This document shows, piece after piece, positions 1 through 9,118 of a stretch of 64,000 nt of DNA. The stretch comes from Candidatus Margulisiibacteriota bacterium. GTDB lineage: Bacteria > Margulisbacteria > WOR-1 > O2-12-FULL-45-9. The notes beneath the pieces were generated by a model that searched no databases, was not told the origin of the DNA, and was given only the letters and a program-made list of their open reading frames with translations. The stretch lies in assembly GCA_043816785.1 (NCBI GenBank), contig JBDRHP010000011.1, positions 1 to 64,000 of the forward strand. The letters run 5' to 3'. Positions within the stretch are counted from its first letter, which is position 1. Every line of letters starts with the position of its first letter. The position numbers and the translations under genes were made by a program.

Positions 1-136
1 GAAGGCCTAATCAAGAAGATTCTCGGTAAGCCGTGTGATTCGAAAAGGTCACGCACGGAATTGAAAGGGGGGAAATGGAAACAGGACTTGTGCTAACATT
101 TAATACGGTGTAAGCACCTGCGCCTTTTCTCTACCA

Positions 137-1729
137 ATGAAAAGGGCCTTGTTCATTTTCTGTCTTTTACTGCTAGTAACATTATTGTATTATGGCTGCG
201 GCAGCACAAACCAGGAAGAGGCAACCACTACGACGACTGCGTCAACCACGACCTCAACGACAATTCCGATCTGGACAGAGCCAGCGTTTGCTTCTGCAAC
301 AGCTGATATTATCTATGGGCAGGCGCCGTTAACGGTTAATTTTTCTGGCTATGCTTTTGAATACCAAAACTTTCAACAGCAAGCCATTGGCGCCGATGCC
401 TATGCCTGGGATTTTAAAGATGGTGGAACGAGCTCTGGCCAAAATCCCGCCCATACTTTCACTTCAGCGGGGACATATTTGGTCGAGCTAACGGTAACTG
501 TTGACGGAGCAACCGGAACCGATCTGGCGCCGGTCGTGGTTTACGACACCCAGAAAACCTTTGTGTCTGGTGAGGTTAGCGCTGATACGACCTGGAATTC
601 GTCTGGCAGCCCTTACATTCTAACCGGAGATTTTCTAACGATTGCTTCGGGTAAAACCCTGACAATTTCTCAGAACGCGGTAGTGGTAATTGATTCTGCC
701 GGCCTGGCAGTCAACGGGAACCTTAACGCCCAGGGAGCCAGAGGCCAGGAAGTAATAATATTATCCAAGCTCTCCACCGGAGAGGAAGGCGCTGGCACCA
801 AAATCAACCTGGCCAGCACATCCTCTGCAGATCTTGATTATGTAAAAAGTTATGATGCTCTATTTGAGCTGAACTCAAGCAGCTTTTCAGCCAATAACTG
901 CAACTTTTATGATTCGCCCCTTTCATTCATGAATAATATTAGCAGCATAACCCTGACGGACAATGTTTTCGAGCATCGGAAGCGAGGCGACAAGCCAGCG
1001 ATCATGATCAGCAGCTCAAATAACAATACGATTGAAGATTCGATCCTGCGCAGCAACGCAATCGGCATATCTATTTCCCAGAGCTCCGGATTTTTGGTAA
1101 ATAACTGCACCATAAACGATAACCTTTGCCATAATGGAATTATTCTTGACCTAACTGATGCCGAAGTGGACAATTCTGTTTTTAACAACAATTATCCCCA
1201 TGCTGTCCTGATCAAAGGCCATGAGGCCGACCCTAATGACGCGTCTTATGCTCACGAGGCTTACATCCACAATAACACCATGTATTATAACCACGCAGAT
1301 ACTGTTAATTTTGAGTATTATTATGGCAAGAGCGATTTTTCTACCCGGGTCTCAAGCAATGAAATCGGTTATGACCGGGGTGGAGATGGGGTTTTGGTTG
1401 AATACGAAGCCTATCATGGGAACATAATAATCGAACATAACAATATCCATCATAATGGATTAGAAGCAACCACCGGCCATCTGGATGGTATAACGATTGA
1501 AAATGCCGGCGGCGTTATTATTCGCAATAATACGATCAGCAGCAATAACTATAACGGTATCAACCTTAACCACGGTTTGAGCATAACCATAGAAGCTAAC
1601 ACTATTTCAGATAATGGCCAAAAGGGAATTATTCTCTCAACCAATTCCGAGGCTTGGGCAAAAAACAACACCTTAACCAGCAATACAATTGAGGTTGACT
1701 CAGGGTCTACCTTACATCAAGATTACTAA
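137..1729 (+). CDS. Lipoprotein with PKD domain and right-handed parallel beta-helix repeats
   Basis: Signal peptide ending in lipobox-like LLYYGC; Thr-rich linker; PKD signature YAWDFKDG..S.GQNPAHTF; Asn-rich I.NN.I..N...GI repeats. Confidence 0.75.
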   Translation: MKRALFIFCLLLLVTLLYYGCGSTNQEEATTTTTASTTTSTTIPIWTEPAFASATADIIYGQAPLTVNFSGYAFEYQNFQQQAIGADAYAWDFKDGGTSSGQNPAHTFTSAGTYLVELTVTVDGATGTDLAPVVVYDTQKTFVSGEVSADTTWNSSGSPYILTGDFLTIASGKTLTISQNAVVVIDSAGLAVNGNLNAQGARGQEVIILSKLSTGEEGAGTKINLASTSSADLDYVKSYDALFELNSSSFSANNCNFYDSPLSFMNNISSITLTDNVFEHRKRGDKPAIMISSSNNNTIEDSILRSNAIGISISQSSGFLVNNCTINDNLCHNGIILDLTDAEVDNSVFNNNYPHAVLIKGHEADPNDASYAHEAYIHNNTMYYNHADTVNFEYYYGKSDFSTRVSSNEIGYDRGGDGVLVEYEAYHGNIIIEHNNIHHNGLEATTGHLDGITIENAGGVIIRNNTISSNNYNGINLNHGLSITIEANTISDNGQKGIILSTNSEAWAKNNTLTSNTIEVDSGSTLHQDY

Positions 1730-1749
1730 TATAGTATAATAATTTCACC

Positions 1750-2889
1750 ATGAAAAAAGGCATCGCAATATTGGGCTCAACCGGCTCCATTGGCAAACAG
1801 ACCCTCGAAGTCGTTTCTGTTTTTCCCAGCAGCTTAACTGTGGTTGCTTTGGCTGCAAAAGACGAAGTTGACTTGATTGTTGAGCAAATCAAAAAGTTTT
1901 CTCCCAAGGTTGTTTCCGTCGCTACGGAAGAAGTTAAACAACAAGTTGAAGCAAAACTGGGAGGGGCTAATGTTCAGATTTTCGTTGGTCAGGATGGTTT
2001 AATGAAAGTGGCAACTGAGCCCACAGCTAAAATGGTTGTGGTTGCTATTCCTGGCTCTCTTTGTTTAGTCCCGGTTATTGAAGCGGTTAAACTCAAAAAA
2101 GATATTGCTTTAGCCACCAAGGAAGTTTTGGTCGCGGCCGGCGAGATCTTTATGAAAGAAGTCAAATCTGCCGGGGTCAAAATCTTTCCGATTGATTCTG
2201 AACACAGCGCGATTGCCCAGTGTTTGCAGGGAGAGGACGCCAAGACCATCAAAAAGATCGTGCTAACCGCTTCTGGCGGGCCATTTATTAAAACCCCGGT
2301 GGAAAAGTTTGAAACCTTAACAGCCAAGGAAGCGCTTAACCACCCAACCTGGAAGATGGGGCCAAAGATTACGATCGATTCAGCAACTTTAATGAATAAG
2401 GGCTTTGAAGTAATGGAGGCGCACTACCTCTTTGATTTGGATTATTCCAAAATAGAAGTCCTAATCCATCCCCAAAGCATTATCCACTCCTTTGTTGAGT
2501 TTGTAGACGGTTCGATCAAAGCGCAATTGGGCGCTCCAGACATGAGGATCCCGATCCAATACGCTTTGCTGGAAAATAAGAGGGCTGGCAACCACTGGAG
2601 CCGCTTAAGCTTTGCCAAACTTTCACAACTAACCTTTATGCAGCCTGATAAGCAAAAATTTCCCTGCTTAGAATATGCATACGAGGCGGGAAAGAAAAAG
2701 GGAACTCTGCCAGCTGTGTTAAATGCTGCCAACGAAGAGGCGATCAAGTTATTCCTCAGGGGCAAGATCAATTTTGCCCAACTGCCTCTAAAAATCAAGG
2801 CTGTTATGGATAAACACGAAAACAAAGAGAACCCGACCTTGGATGATATCCTGGCCGCGGACAAATTTGCCCGAGTGAATCTCGTATGA
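1750..2889 (+). CDS. dxr: 1-deoxy-D-xylulose 5-phosphate reductoisomerase
   Basis: ILGSTGSIG, PIDSEHSA, LTASGGPF, HPTWKMGPKITIDSATLMNKG, NAANE motifs. Confidence 0.97.
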   Translation: MKKGIAILGSTGSIGKQTLEVVSVFPSSLTVVALAAKDEVDLIVEQIKKFSPKVVSVATEEVKQQVEAKLGGANVQIFVGQDGLMKVATEPTAKMVVVAIPGSLCLVPVIEAVKLKKDIALATKEVLVAAGEIFMKEVKSAGVKIFPIDSEHSAIAQCLQGEDAKTIKKIVLTASGGPFIKTPVEKFETLTAKEALNHPTWKMGPKITIDSATLMNKGFEVMEAHYLFDLDYSKIEVLIHPQSIIHSFVEFVDGSIKAQLGAPDMRIPIQYALLENKRAGNHWSRLSFAKLSQLTFMQPDKQKFPCLEYAYEAGKKKGTLPAVLNAANEEAIKLFLRGKINFAQLPLKIKAVMDKHENKENPTLDDILAADKFARVNLV

Positions 2890-2902
2890 TATACTTCACG
2901 TC

Positions 2903-4624
2903 ATGACGAAAGAGATCGATCTGGAAATCCTCAGACATTCAACTTCCCACATCATGGCCCAAGCTGTAATTGAGCTTTTTCCTGGTGTAAAGCTAGGAAT
3001 TGGCCCATCCATTGAGAACGGTTTTTACTACGACTTTGATATGCCAGAGCAGATCACGCCTGAAGACCTGCCTAAGATCGAAAAAAAGATGAAACAGATC
3101 ATCAAAGCCAACCAGAAGTTTGAGCGCATTGAAATGAGCAAGGAAGACGCTATCAAGCTAATGGAGGAAAAAGGCGAGAAATACAAGGTTGAACTACTGC
3201 ATGAGATCGAAGATAAAAAGGTCAGCCTTTATAAAAATGGCGATTTTATCGATCTTTGTCGCGGGCCGCACCTGCGCTATACCAAGGAGGTTAAGGCTTT
3301 TAAGTTGTTGTCAGTGGCTGGTGCTTATTGGCACGGCATTGAGACCAATCCCATGATGCAGCGGATCTATGGGGCCGCATTTGCCAATAAAGAAGATCTT
3401 GAAAAACATCTTCAGAGTTTAGAAGAGGCCAAGAAGCGTGATCACCGTAAACTAGGCAATGAATTAGATCTTTTTTCCTTTCACGAAGAAGCTGGCGCGG
3501 GTTTTGTCTACTATCACCCAAAAGGCGCGACGATCCGCAATATTATCGAGGACTTCTTAAAGGAAGAGAACAAGAAGCGTGGCTACGAATTCGTGATCAT
3601 TCCCCACATCGCCAAAATTGATCTCTGGAACACATCAGGCCACACCAATTATTACCGTGAAAATATGTATTTTATGCAGATCGATGAGCAGGATTATGTG
3701 GTCAAGCCAATGAATTGCCCGGGCCACATTTTGATCTATAACCGTAAAACGGTCAGTTACCGGGATTTGCCTGTTCGCTTTTTTGAATTAGGCACAGTTT
3801 ATCGCTATGAAAAATCCGGCGTGCTCCATGGCTTGCTAAGGGTCCGTGGCTTTACCCAGGATGATGCCCATATTTTCTGCCGGCTGGATCAATTGGAAAC
3901 GGAGATCATCTCAGTTCTTGAGTTCATCGACTATGTAATGAAGGTCTTTAAGTTCGAATATGTTGTTAATCTTTCCACCCGACCGGAAAAATATGCCGGC
4001 ACAATTGAAAATTGGGATAAAGCTACTGACATTCTGCAGCGAGCCTTAAAAGATAGCAAGGTGCCTTTTGAAATTGATCCAGGCGCGGGCGTGTTTTATG
4101 GCCCCAAGATCGACATAAAACTTAAAGATGCTATTGGCCGGCTCTGGCAGGGGCCAACGGTCCAGGTTGACTTTAACCTGCCGGAAAGGTTCAACCTGGG
4201 TTACATTGCTGAGGATGGGACAAAACAGACGCCGGTCATGGTTCACCGGGCAATTTTAGGTAGTATTGAGCGCTTTTTGGGGGCTTTAATTGAACACTTT
4301 GCCGGCGCCTTTCCTGTTTGGCTGGCCCCGGTCCAGGTCAAAATTTTGCCGATTGCTGACCGCCACAATAGTTATGCTGAGAAAATTGCCGCTGAGCTTA
4401 AGCAAGCTGGGATCCGTGTTGAACTCGCCTTGCGGCAGGAGAAGATCGGGGCCAAGATCAGGGATGCTCAGCTGCAAAAAGTGCCTTATATGATTATTTT
4501 GGGTGATAAAGAAGCCGAAGCTGAGCTAATAGCGGTCCGTCATAGGAGCAAAGGCGACCTGGGCGCCAAAAAACTGGCTGATTTCATTGCAGAACTCCGC
4601 CGCGATATAGACAGCCGGGCCTGA
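2903..4624 (+). CDS. thrS: Threonine--tRNA ligase (short form, apparently no N-terminal TGS domain)
   Basis: LRHSTSH, DLCRGPH, KRDHRKLG, KPMNCPGH, RVRGFTQDDAH, FYGPKID motifs. Confidence 0.97.
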   Translation: MTKEIDLEILRHSTSHIMAQAVIELFPGVKLGIGPSIENGFYYDFDMPEQITPEDLPKIEKKMKQIIKANQKFERIEMSKEDAIKLMEEKGEKYKVELLHEIEDKKVSLYKNGDFIDLCRGPHLRYTKEVKAFKLLSVAGAYWHGIETNPMMQRIYGAAFANKEDLEKHLQSLEEAKKRDHRKLGNELDLFSFHEEAGAGFVYYHPKGATIRNIIEDFLKEENKKRGYEFVIIPHIAKIDLWNTSGHTNYYRENMYFMQIDEQDYVVKPMNCPGHILIYNRKTVSYRDLPVRFFELGTVYRYEKSGVLHGLLRVRGFTQDDAHIFCRLDQLETEIISVLEFIDYVMKVFKFEYVVNLSTRPEKYAGTIENWDKATDILQRALKDSKVPFEIDPGAGVFYGPKIDIKLKDAIGRLWQGPTVQVDFNLPERFNLGYIAEDGTKQTPVMVHRAILGSIERFLGALIEHFAGAFPVWLAPVQVKILPIADRHNSYAEKIAAELKQAGIRVELALRQEKIGAKIRDAQLQKVPYMIILGDKEAEAELIAVRHRSKGDLGAKKLADFIAELRRDIDSRA

Positions 4625-4660
4625 ATCGTAGTATAATAGTATCACGGGGGTAGAAAAAGT

Positions 4661-5164
4661 ATTAGGCACTATATAATTAACGAACGGATCCGCGGCAGCG
4701 AAGTCCGCCTCATTGACGAACAGGGAAGTCAGCTTGGTGTTGTTGCAACCCCGGATGCTATAAAGTTGGCCAGAGAACGCGGCTTTGACCTTGTGCTAAT
4801 TTCTCCAGATGCCAGCCCGCCAGTGGCGCGCATCGCGGATATTGGTAAGTTAAAGTATGAGTTTAATAAAAAGGAAAAAGAGGCGCGCAAGTCCCAGAAG
4901 GGTGGCGGCTTAAAAGAAGTAAAGCTTTCTCCCAAAATTGCTCAGCACGATTTTGATGTACGGGTAAGAAAAACCCGGGAATTTTTGGAGAAAAAAAACA
5001 AAGTTAAGGTGTCCATGTTTTTTCGGGGGCGCTGGATGGCCCACGTTGACTTGGGGATGGAGACGATGAATAAATTGGTTGAGCAGGTGCTTGACTTGGG
5101 CAGACCAGAGGGCGGGCCAAAGAAATTCGGCAAAAATTTTGTGATGATCATTTCACCTAAATAG
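4661..5164 (+). CDS. infC: Translation initiation factor IF-3 (ATT start)
   Basis: Frame extends upstream of the TTG call to ATT at 4661 (IRHYIINERIRGSEVRLIDEQG); GGGGGT SD about 9 nt upstream; thrS-infC-rpmI-rplT synteny. Confidence 0.93.
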   Translation: MRHYIINERIRGSEVRLIDEQGSQLGVVATPDAIKLARERGFDLVLISPDASPPVARIADIGKLKYEFNKKEKEARKSQKGGGLKEVKLSPKIAQHDFDVRVRKTREFLEKKNKVKVSMFFRGRWMAHVDLGMETMNKLVEQVLDLGRPEGGPKKFGKNFVMIISPK

Positions 5165-5185
5165 CCCCTCGACAAGCTCGGGGCT
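5163..5185. repeat. Short palindromic REP-like element
   Basis: AGCCCCTCGACAAGCTCGGGGCT; shares the TCGACAAGCTC core with the repeat at 45.3 kb. Confidence 0.6.
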
Positions 5186-5196
5186 GGGAGGATAAA

Positions 5197-5400
5197 ATGC
5201 CAAAAGCTAAAACCAGAAAAGCGGCAGCCAAAAGATTCAAGATCACGAAAACGGGGAAAGTGCTTCGCCGCCACGCGAATATGCGGCATCTGCTTTCTGC
5301 CAAATCGAATAAGGCCAAAAGGTCTCTGCGCAAGGTTGGGCTAGTCTCGCCGTCAGACATGGCCAGGGTAAGAGAGATGTTGCCCGGAGGAGCAAGATAA
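5197..5400 (+). CDS. rpmI: 50S ribosomal protein L35
   Basis: MPKAKTRKAAAKRFKITKTGK; synteny. Confidence 0.96.
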   Translation: MPKAKTRKAAAKRFKITKTGKVLRRHANMRHLLSAKSNKAKRSLRKVGLVSPSDMARVREMLPGGAR

Positions 5401-5401
5401 A

Positions 5402-5752
5402 ATGGTTAGAGTTAAAAGGGGCTTTGTTGCCCGACGCAAAAGAAAGAAATTAAGAAAACGTGCCAAGGGATTTCGAGGCGGCTTACGCACCCAGCTGCGC
5501 CGCAGAAAACAGGCCGTGACCAAGGCTAAAACGCACGCTACCCGCCACCGCCGGCAAAAGAAAGGCACAATGAGACGGTTGTGGATCGTGCGGATCAACG
5601 CCGCGGTCAGGCAAGCTGGCATAACCTACAACAAATTTATCTCAGCTTTAAAAAAGAAGAATATTTTATTGGATCGCCGCTCGCTGGCCGAGCTAGCGGT
5701 CAATCATCCCCAGGATTTCGCCAAGGTCTTAGAGGCTGCCAAGAGCGCATGA
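5402..5752 (+). CDS. rplT: 50S ribosomal protein L20
   Basis: MVRVKRG, RRLWIVRINAAVR, LDRRSLAELA. Confidence 0.97.
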   Translation: MVRVKRGFVARRKRKKLRKRAKGFRGGLRTQLRRRKQAVTKAKTHATRHRRQKKGTMRRLWIVRINAAVRQAGITYNKFISALKKKNILLDRRSLAELAVNHPQDFAKVLEAAKSA

Positions 5753-6237
5753 TAGAAATGCAAGTAGGGGGCTTAGGTTTTGACCCCCGCAATTTATCTC
5801 CTTTGGTCCTGCTGCGCGATCAGGAAGAAATGAATTTTCTGCCGATCTGGATCGGTATTTTTGAGGCCGCGGCAATCGCCATGGAACTGCAGCAGGTTAA
5901 ACCCCCTCGGCCTATGACCCACGACCTCTTAAAGACCTTTGTGGAAAAGCTTGGCGGAAAGATGAAGCGCGTGGTCATTAATGATATTAAAGAGGGAACT
6001 TTCTACGCCACTATTGAAGCGGAGAAGGACAAGAAGGTGTTTGAAATTGACTCCCGGCCATCGGATGCCATTGCCTTGGCTGTACGCACCCAGATGCCTA
6101 TTTTTGTTTCTGAAGTTGTAATGATGCAGGCCAAATTGGTCAACGCAGAAAAAGACGCGGACGAAACAAAAAAGTTCAAGGATTTCATCCAGAATATGAA
6201 GCCCGAAGATTTCACAAAATACTACAAGAAAGACTAA
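5749..6237 (+). CDS. Bifunctional nuclease family protein (DUF151)
   Basis: LPIWIG..EA.AI, RPMTHDL, IDSRPSDAIALA; ATG overlaps the rplT stop (ATGA). Confidence 0.9.
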   Translation: MIEMQVGGLGFDPRNLSPLVLLRDQEEMNFLPIWIGIFEAAAIAMELQQVKPPRPMTHDLLKTFVEKLGGKMKRVVINDIKEGTFYATIEAEKDKKVFEIDSRPSDAIALAVRTQMPIFVSEVVMMQAKLVNAEKDADETKKFKDFIQNMKPEDFTKYYKKD

Positions 6238-6597
6238 CTAACTTCTCGAGATCAGGAATACCCCAAAAACAATTACCGAGATTCCTAGCCACCTGACTAA
6301 TGTGACGTTTTCCTTGAAAAATATTATTGAAGCAATTGCAACTAGGATATAGGCTACACTGACAATGGGGTAGACAAAGCTGATTTCAAAACGAGAAAGA
6401 ACAACAAGCCAGAAAATTGATGACAGGCCAAAACAGGCGAAACCAAAGAAGACAAAGGGGTTAGAAAACATCGGAACAAGCTTTTGCAGCAGTTGAGAGA
6501 TGGGAAAGGCGCCAACCGCAGTCATGCCTTTTTTCATTAATAGCTGTCCCGCCACTGCCAGAAGAATTGAGGTTGCCAGGATCAAATAGTTGCCCAT
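6238..6597 (-). CDS. EamA/SMR (ArnE/F-like) small 4-TM membrane protein
   Basis: 119 aa, four hydrophobic helices, GQLLMKKG and W..VLSR.EISFVYP patterns. Confidence 0.8.
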   Translation of the reverse strand: MGNYLILATSILLAVAGQLLMKKGMTAVGAFPISQLLQKLVPMFSNPFVFFGFACFGLSSIFWLVVLSRFEISFVYPIVSVAYILVAIASIIFFKENVTLVRWLGISVIVFGVFLISRS

Positions 6598-6609
6598 GTT
6601 TTTTCCTCC

Positions 6610-7023
6610 TTAAAGTTCGCTCCAGGCCAGGCTCTTGAAGGGCGGGTTGCTGAAGGTAAGCTTTAAAACAACCACGCCTGAGCCTTTGCGGCCGATGGCA
6701 TAGAGCCTGTTTTTACCTTTTTCTTTGACGACCTTAAAAGAGCCATTGCCTAAGGCCGATTCCTCGCCAACCGCGTATTTTACCAGCCATTGCACGTTAT
6801 CTGCCAGATAGTAGGGCAGGTCTGTATACCAGTTAAGATTATGGACCAATTCAACCTTGCCCTTTTCCAGCCCGGCTTCTGCCAGGCAAAAGGCCTGCTC
6901 CCTGACCAGGACAGCGTTAGCGCTAGCATAACAATTATAAACTATTTTCACCAGCAGTGCAGCCAGGGTCAGTGAAACCGCCATAATGAGCAGGGTTAAG
7001 ATAAGCGCCGCGCCTTTTTTCAT
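6610..7023 (-). CDS. PilX/GspK-like minor pilin
   Basis: KKG/AALILTL class III signal without E5; QAFCLAEAGLE motif. Confidence 0.75.
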   Translation of the reverse strand: MKKGAALILTLLIMAVSLTLAALLVKIVYNCYASANAVLVREQAFCLAEAGLEKGKVELVHNLNWYTDLPYYLADNVQWLVKYAVGEESALGNGSFKVVKEKGKNRLYAIGRKGSGVVVLKLTFSNPPFKSLAWSEL

Positions 7024-7024
7024 T

Positions 7025-7441
7025 TTAATTCCTTAAACTCGCCCTGGCAGTCAGATTCCCCAGCATTATCTCTACCATGCGGGTTGTGGGATAGGCAACT
7101 GACAGGGTTTGCAGTTCGCCCTGGTCAGTCAGGTAAACAGAAAAATTGTTCTTTTTGCGCAGAACCTTGTTATTAGTGATCGAGTATTCGATCCTATCAG
7201 CGCCAATCATCAGGATAAGCTCATCGCCATTAGCAGAAAAAATCAATTCTTTGGCCGACCTAATATCGCTGATCATTCTGCTTAAGACCAGGTTGCTGAT
7301 CTGTTGTTTGGCGCCGGCATTGGCAATGCTTTGCCAGAACTTAAGCTCCACCCCAAAGGCAAAATATATTCCCCCAAGCAACAGGCCAAAGATAGTTAAG
7401 GCAACGACCAACTCAACCAGCGTAAACCCTTTTTTTCTCAT
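7025..7441 (-). CDS. PilW/GspJ-like prepilin
   Basis: KKG/FTLVELVV N-methylation motif; ISDIRSA. Confidence 0.85.
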   Translation of the reverse strand: MRKKGFTLVELVVALTIFGLLLGGIYFAFGVELKFWQSIANAGAKQQISNLVLSRMISDIRSAKELIFSANGDELILMIGADRIEYSITNNKVLRKKNNFSVYLTDQGELQTLSVAYPTTRMVEIMLGNLTARASLRN

Positions 7442-7444
7442 GCC

Positions 7445-7786
7445 TTAATATTTACTCCTTAAAGCAGAGAGGTTAAAAGGGACTTTTTGCGGGTGCCAAT
7501 TAAGCACCAACTCTACTCTGACCAGGTCGGCCAGCACGGGCGAGACTTGGATTTTTCCTTTACCCTGGGCAAAGGTTCTACCGCTCTGGGCGTAAAGCTG
7601 GTTAAAGGGGAGGTTGCGCAGCTCCTCCATTTCTGCTTGAATTTCATAAGTAGCGAGGTTTAGACGCTCGGCAGCTGTTATAGAACTGGCGGCGATCTTT
7701 AACAGCTGGCTAAAGGATGCCACCGCAATCAAAAAAAGACTAGTGGCAACGATTAATTCAATTAATGTAAAACCTCGTTTATTCAA
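7445..7786 (-). CDS. PilV/GspI-like prepilin
   Basis: KRG/FTLIELIV; probable TTG start at 7786 overlapping the upstream pilin gene. Confidence 0.8.
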   Translation of the reverse strand: MNKRGFTLIELIVATSLFLIAVASFSQLLKIAASSITAAERLNLATYEIQAEMEELRNLPFNQLYAQSGRTFAQGKGKIQVSPVLADLVRVELVLNWHPQKVPFNLSALRSKY

Positions 7787-8150
7787 AACGCACCCTGCCT
7801 GATGAGGAAACAATGATCTTTTTTTGCGAGCCAAAACCGCTTTGCAGAAGCAAAGTGCCTGAACCGCCTGGCGGCGTTGCGCCCGAGGCAGCAAAGCTTA
7901 TCTGTGGCATGTTGGCCAGGCTGATGCCGGCGGGCAGCTTAAGCTGGCTCAGGTCATAATTTAACGTTTCGTGCTGCAGCAGGGCTTTGCTTTGCAGCGC
8001 CCGAAGCTCGGCCACAATTGTTTGAGCGGCGCCATTTAAATATAGTTGACCGGCAAATCTAGGGAGGGTTTTAAAAGAAAATGAGGAGACAATCGCTAGA
8101 ATTGCCATAACAACTAGTATTTCGATCAGGGTAAATCCTGTTCGTTTCAT
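7779..8150 (-). CDS. FimT/GspH-like prepilin
   Basis: RTG/FTLIEILVV; C-terminal I.F...G and IIVSSSGRVR. Confidence 0.85.
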   Translation of the reverse strand: MKRTGFTLIEILVVMAILAIVSSFSFKTLPRFAGQLYLNGAAQTIVAELRALQSKALLQHETLNYDLSQLKLPAGISLANMPQISFAASGATPPGGSGTLLLQSGFGSQKKIIVSSSGRVRFE

Positions 8151-8995
8151 TTTGTTTCAACCACCAAATTATCGATCAAGCGCGTTTTGCCAATATAGGC
8201 CGCTAAGGCGATCAGGGTTTTGCCCTTGATCGTTTTTGTTTCCTCAAGAGTTTCCGGGTCAACAATAACAAGGTAGTCAAGTTTTAGGCTTGGGGCAGAA
8301 GCCATCAGTCGGCGCAGGCGGGAGAGGAGCCTGCGGCTGTTTTTTTCGCCTCCTTTAATCTCCTTTTTTGCCAGCCGGAGAACCTGATAAAGAATGGCTG
8401 CCTGCTTTCGTTGCTCAGGCAATAAATATTTATTGCGCGAGCTCATGGCCAGACCATCGAATTCCCTTATGGTGGGCAGGCTGATAACCTTGGTGGGGAA
8501 ATTAAGCTCCTCAGTCATTTTTCTGATAATTAACTGTTGCTGGTAATCTTTTTCGCCGAAGAAAGCCAGGTTTGGCTGAACGATATTAAATAGTTTGGCC
8601 ACGATCGTGTCGACTCCGCGAAAGTGGTTGGGACGAGAAAGACCGCACATTTTTTCAGCTAAGCCGCCAGGGTCCACAAAACTCTGAGATCCTTTTGGGT
8701 ACATCCTAGCAGCCGAAGGGAAGAACAGGATGTCTACGGCAAAGTCGTTCAATAGTTTTTTATCATGCTTCAAATCCCTGGGATAGCTCCTGAAATCTTC
8801 CTCAGGACCAAACTGGGTCGGGTTGACAAAGATGCTTACAACGACAATGTCAGCCTTGGTTTTGGCCGCGGCGACCAAGGAAAGGTGTCCTTCATGTAAA
8901 TAACCCATGGTGGGGACAAAGCCGATTGTTTTGCCCTGGCCTTTCATTTTGAGGGAGTAGGCCTGCATTTCTTTAGGGTCTTTAATTGTTCTCAT
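8147..8995 (-). CDS. panC: Pantoate--beta-alanine ligase
   Basis: GFVPTMGYLHEGH, FVNPTQF, FGEKDYQQ, GLAMSSRN, RLIDN. Confidence 0.97.
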   Translation of the reverse strand: MRTIKDPKEMQAYSLKMKGQGKTIGFVPTMGYLHEGHLSLVAAAKTKADIVVVSIFVNPTQFGPEEDFRSYPRDLKHDKKLLNDFAVDILFFPSAARMYPKGSQSFVDPGGLAEKMCGLSRPNHFRGVDTIVAKLFNIVQPNLAFFGEKDYQQQLIIRKMTEELNFPTKVISLPTIREFDGLAMSSRNKYLLPEQRKQAAILYQVLRLAKKEIKGGEKNSRRLLSRLRRLMASAPSLKLDYLVIVDPETLEETKTIKGKTLIALAAYIGKTRLIDNLVVETK

Positions 8996-9016
8996 GATGA
9001 CTAGCAAGCAGCGGCG

Positions 9017-9118
9017 TTATCTAACAACCCAGAAACGGGCGATCGCCCAGAGAATAATGGCCAGAGCCAGAGCTAGGACCTTTAAACCAAAATTTCGCGT
9101 AAAGAATTCCTTAAGCAC
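9017..9118 (-). CDS. 33-aa single-TM peptide resembling the N-terminal helix of CdaR/YbbR
   Basis: GTG start overlapping the topA end; MLKEFFTRNFGLKVLALALAIILWAIARFWVVR*; fills the topA-panC gap; below the ORF-track cutoff. Confidence 0.6.
   Translation of the reverse strand: MLKEFFTRNFGLKVLALALAIILWAIARFWVVR

Noticed and set aside
1000..1729. AAC/AAT-rich stretch as a DGR template repeat
   Set aside because: Explained by the Asn ladder of a beta-helix protein; it lacks the GTTCTTCGC and GCGGTTCGC anchors of the variable region.
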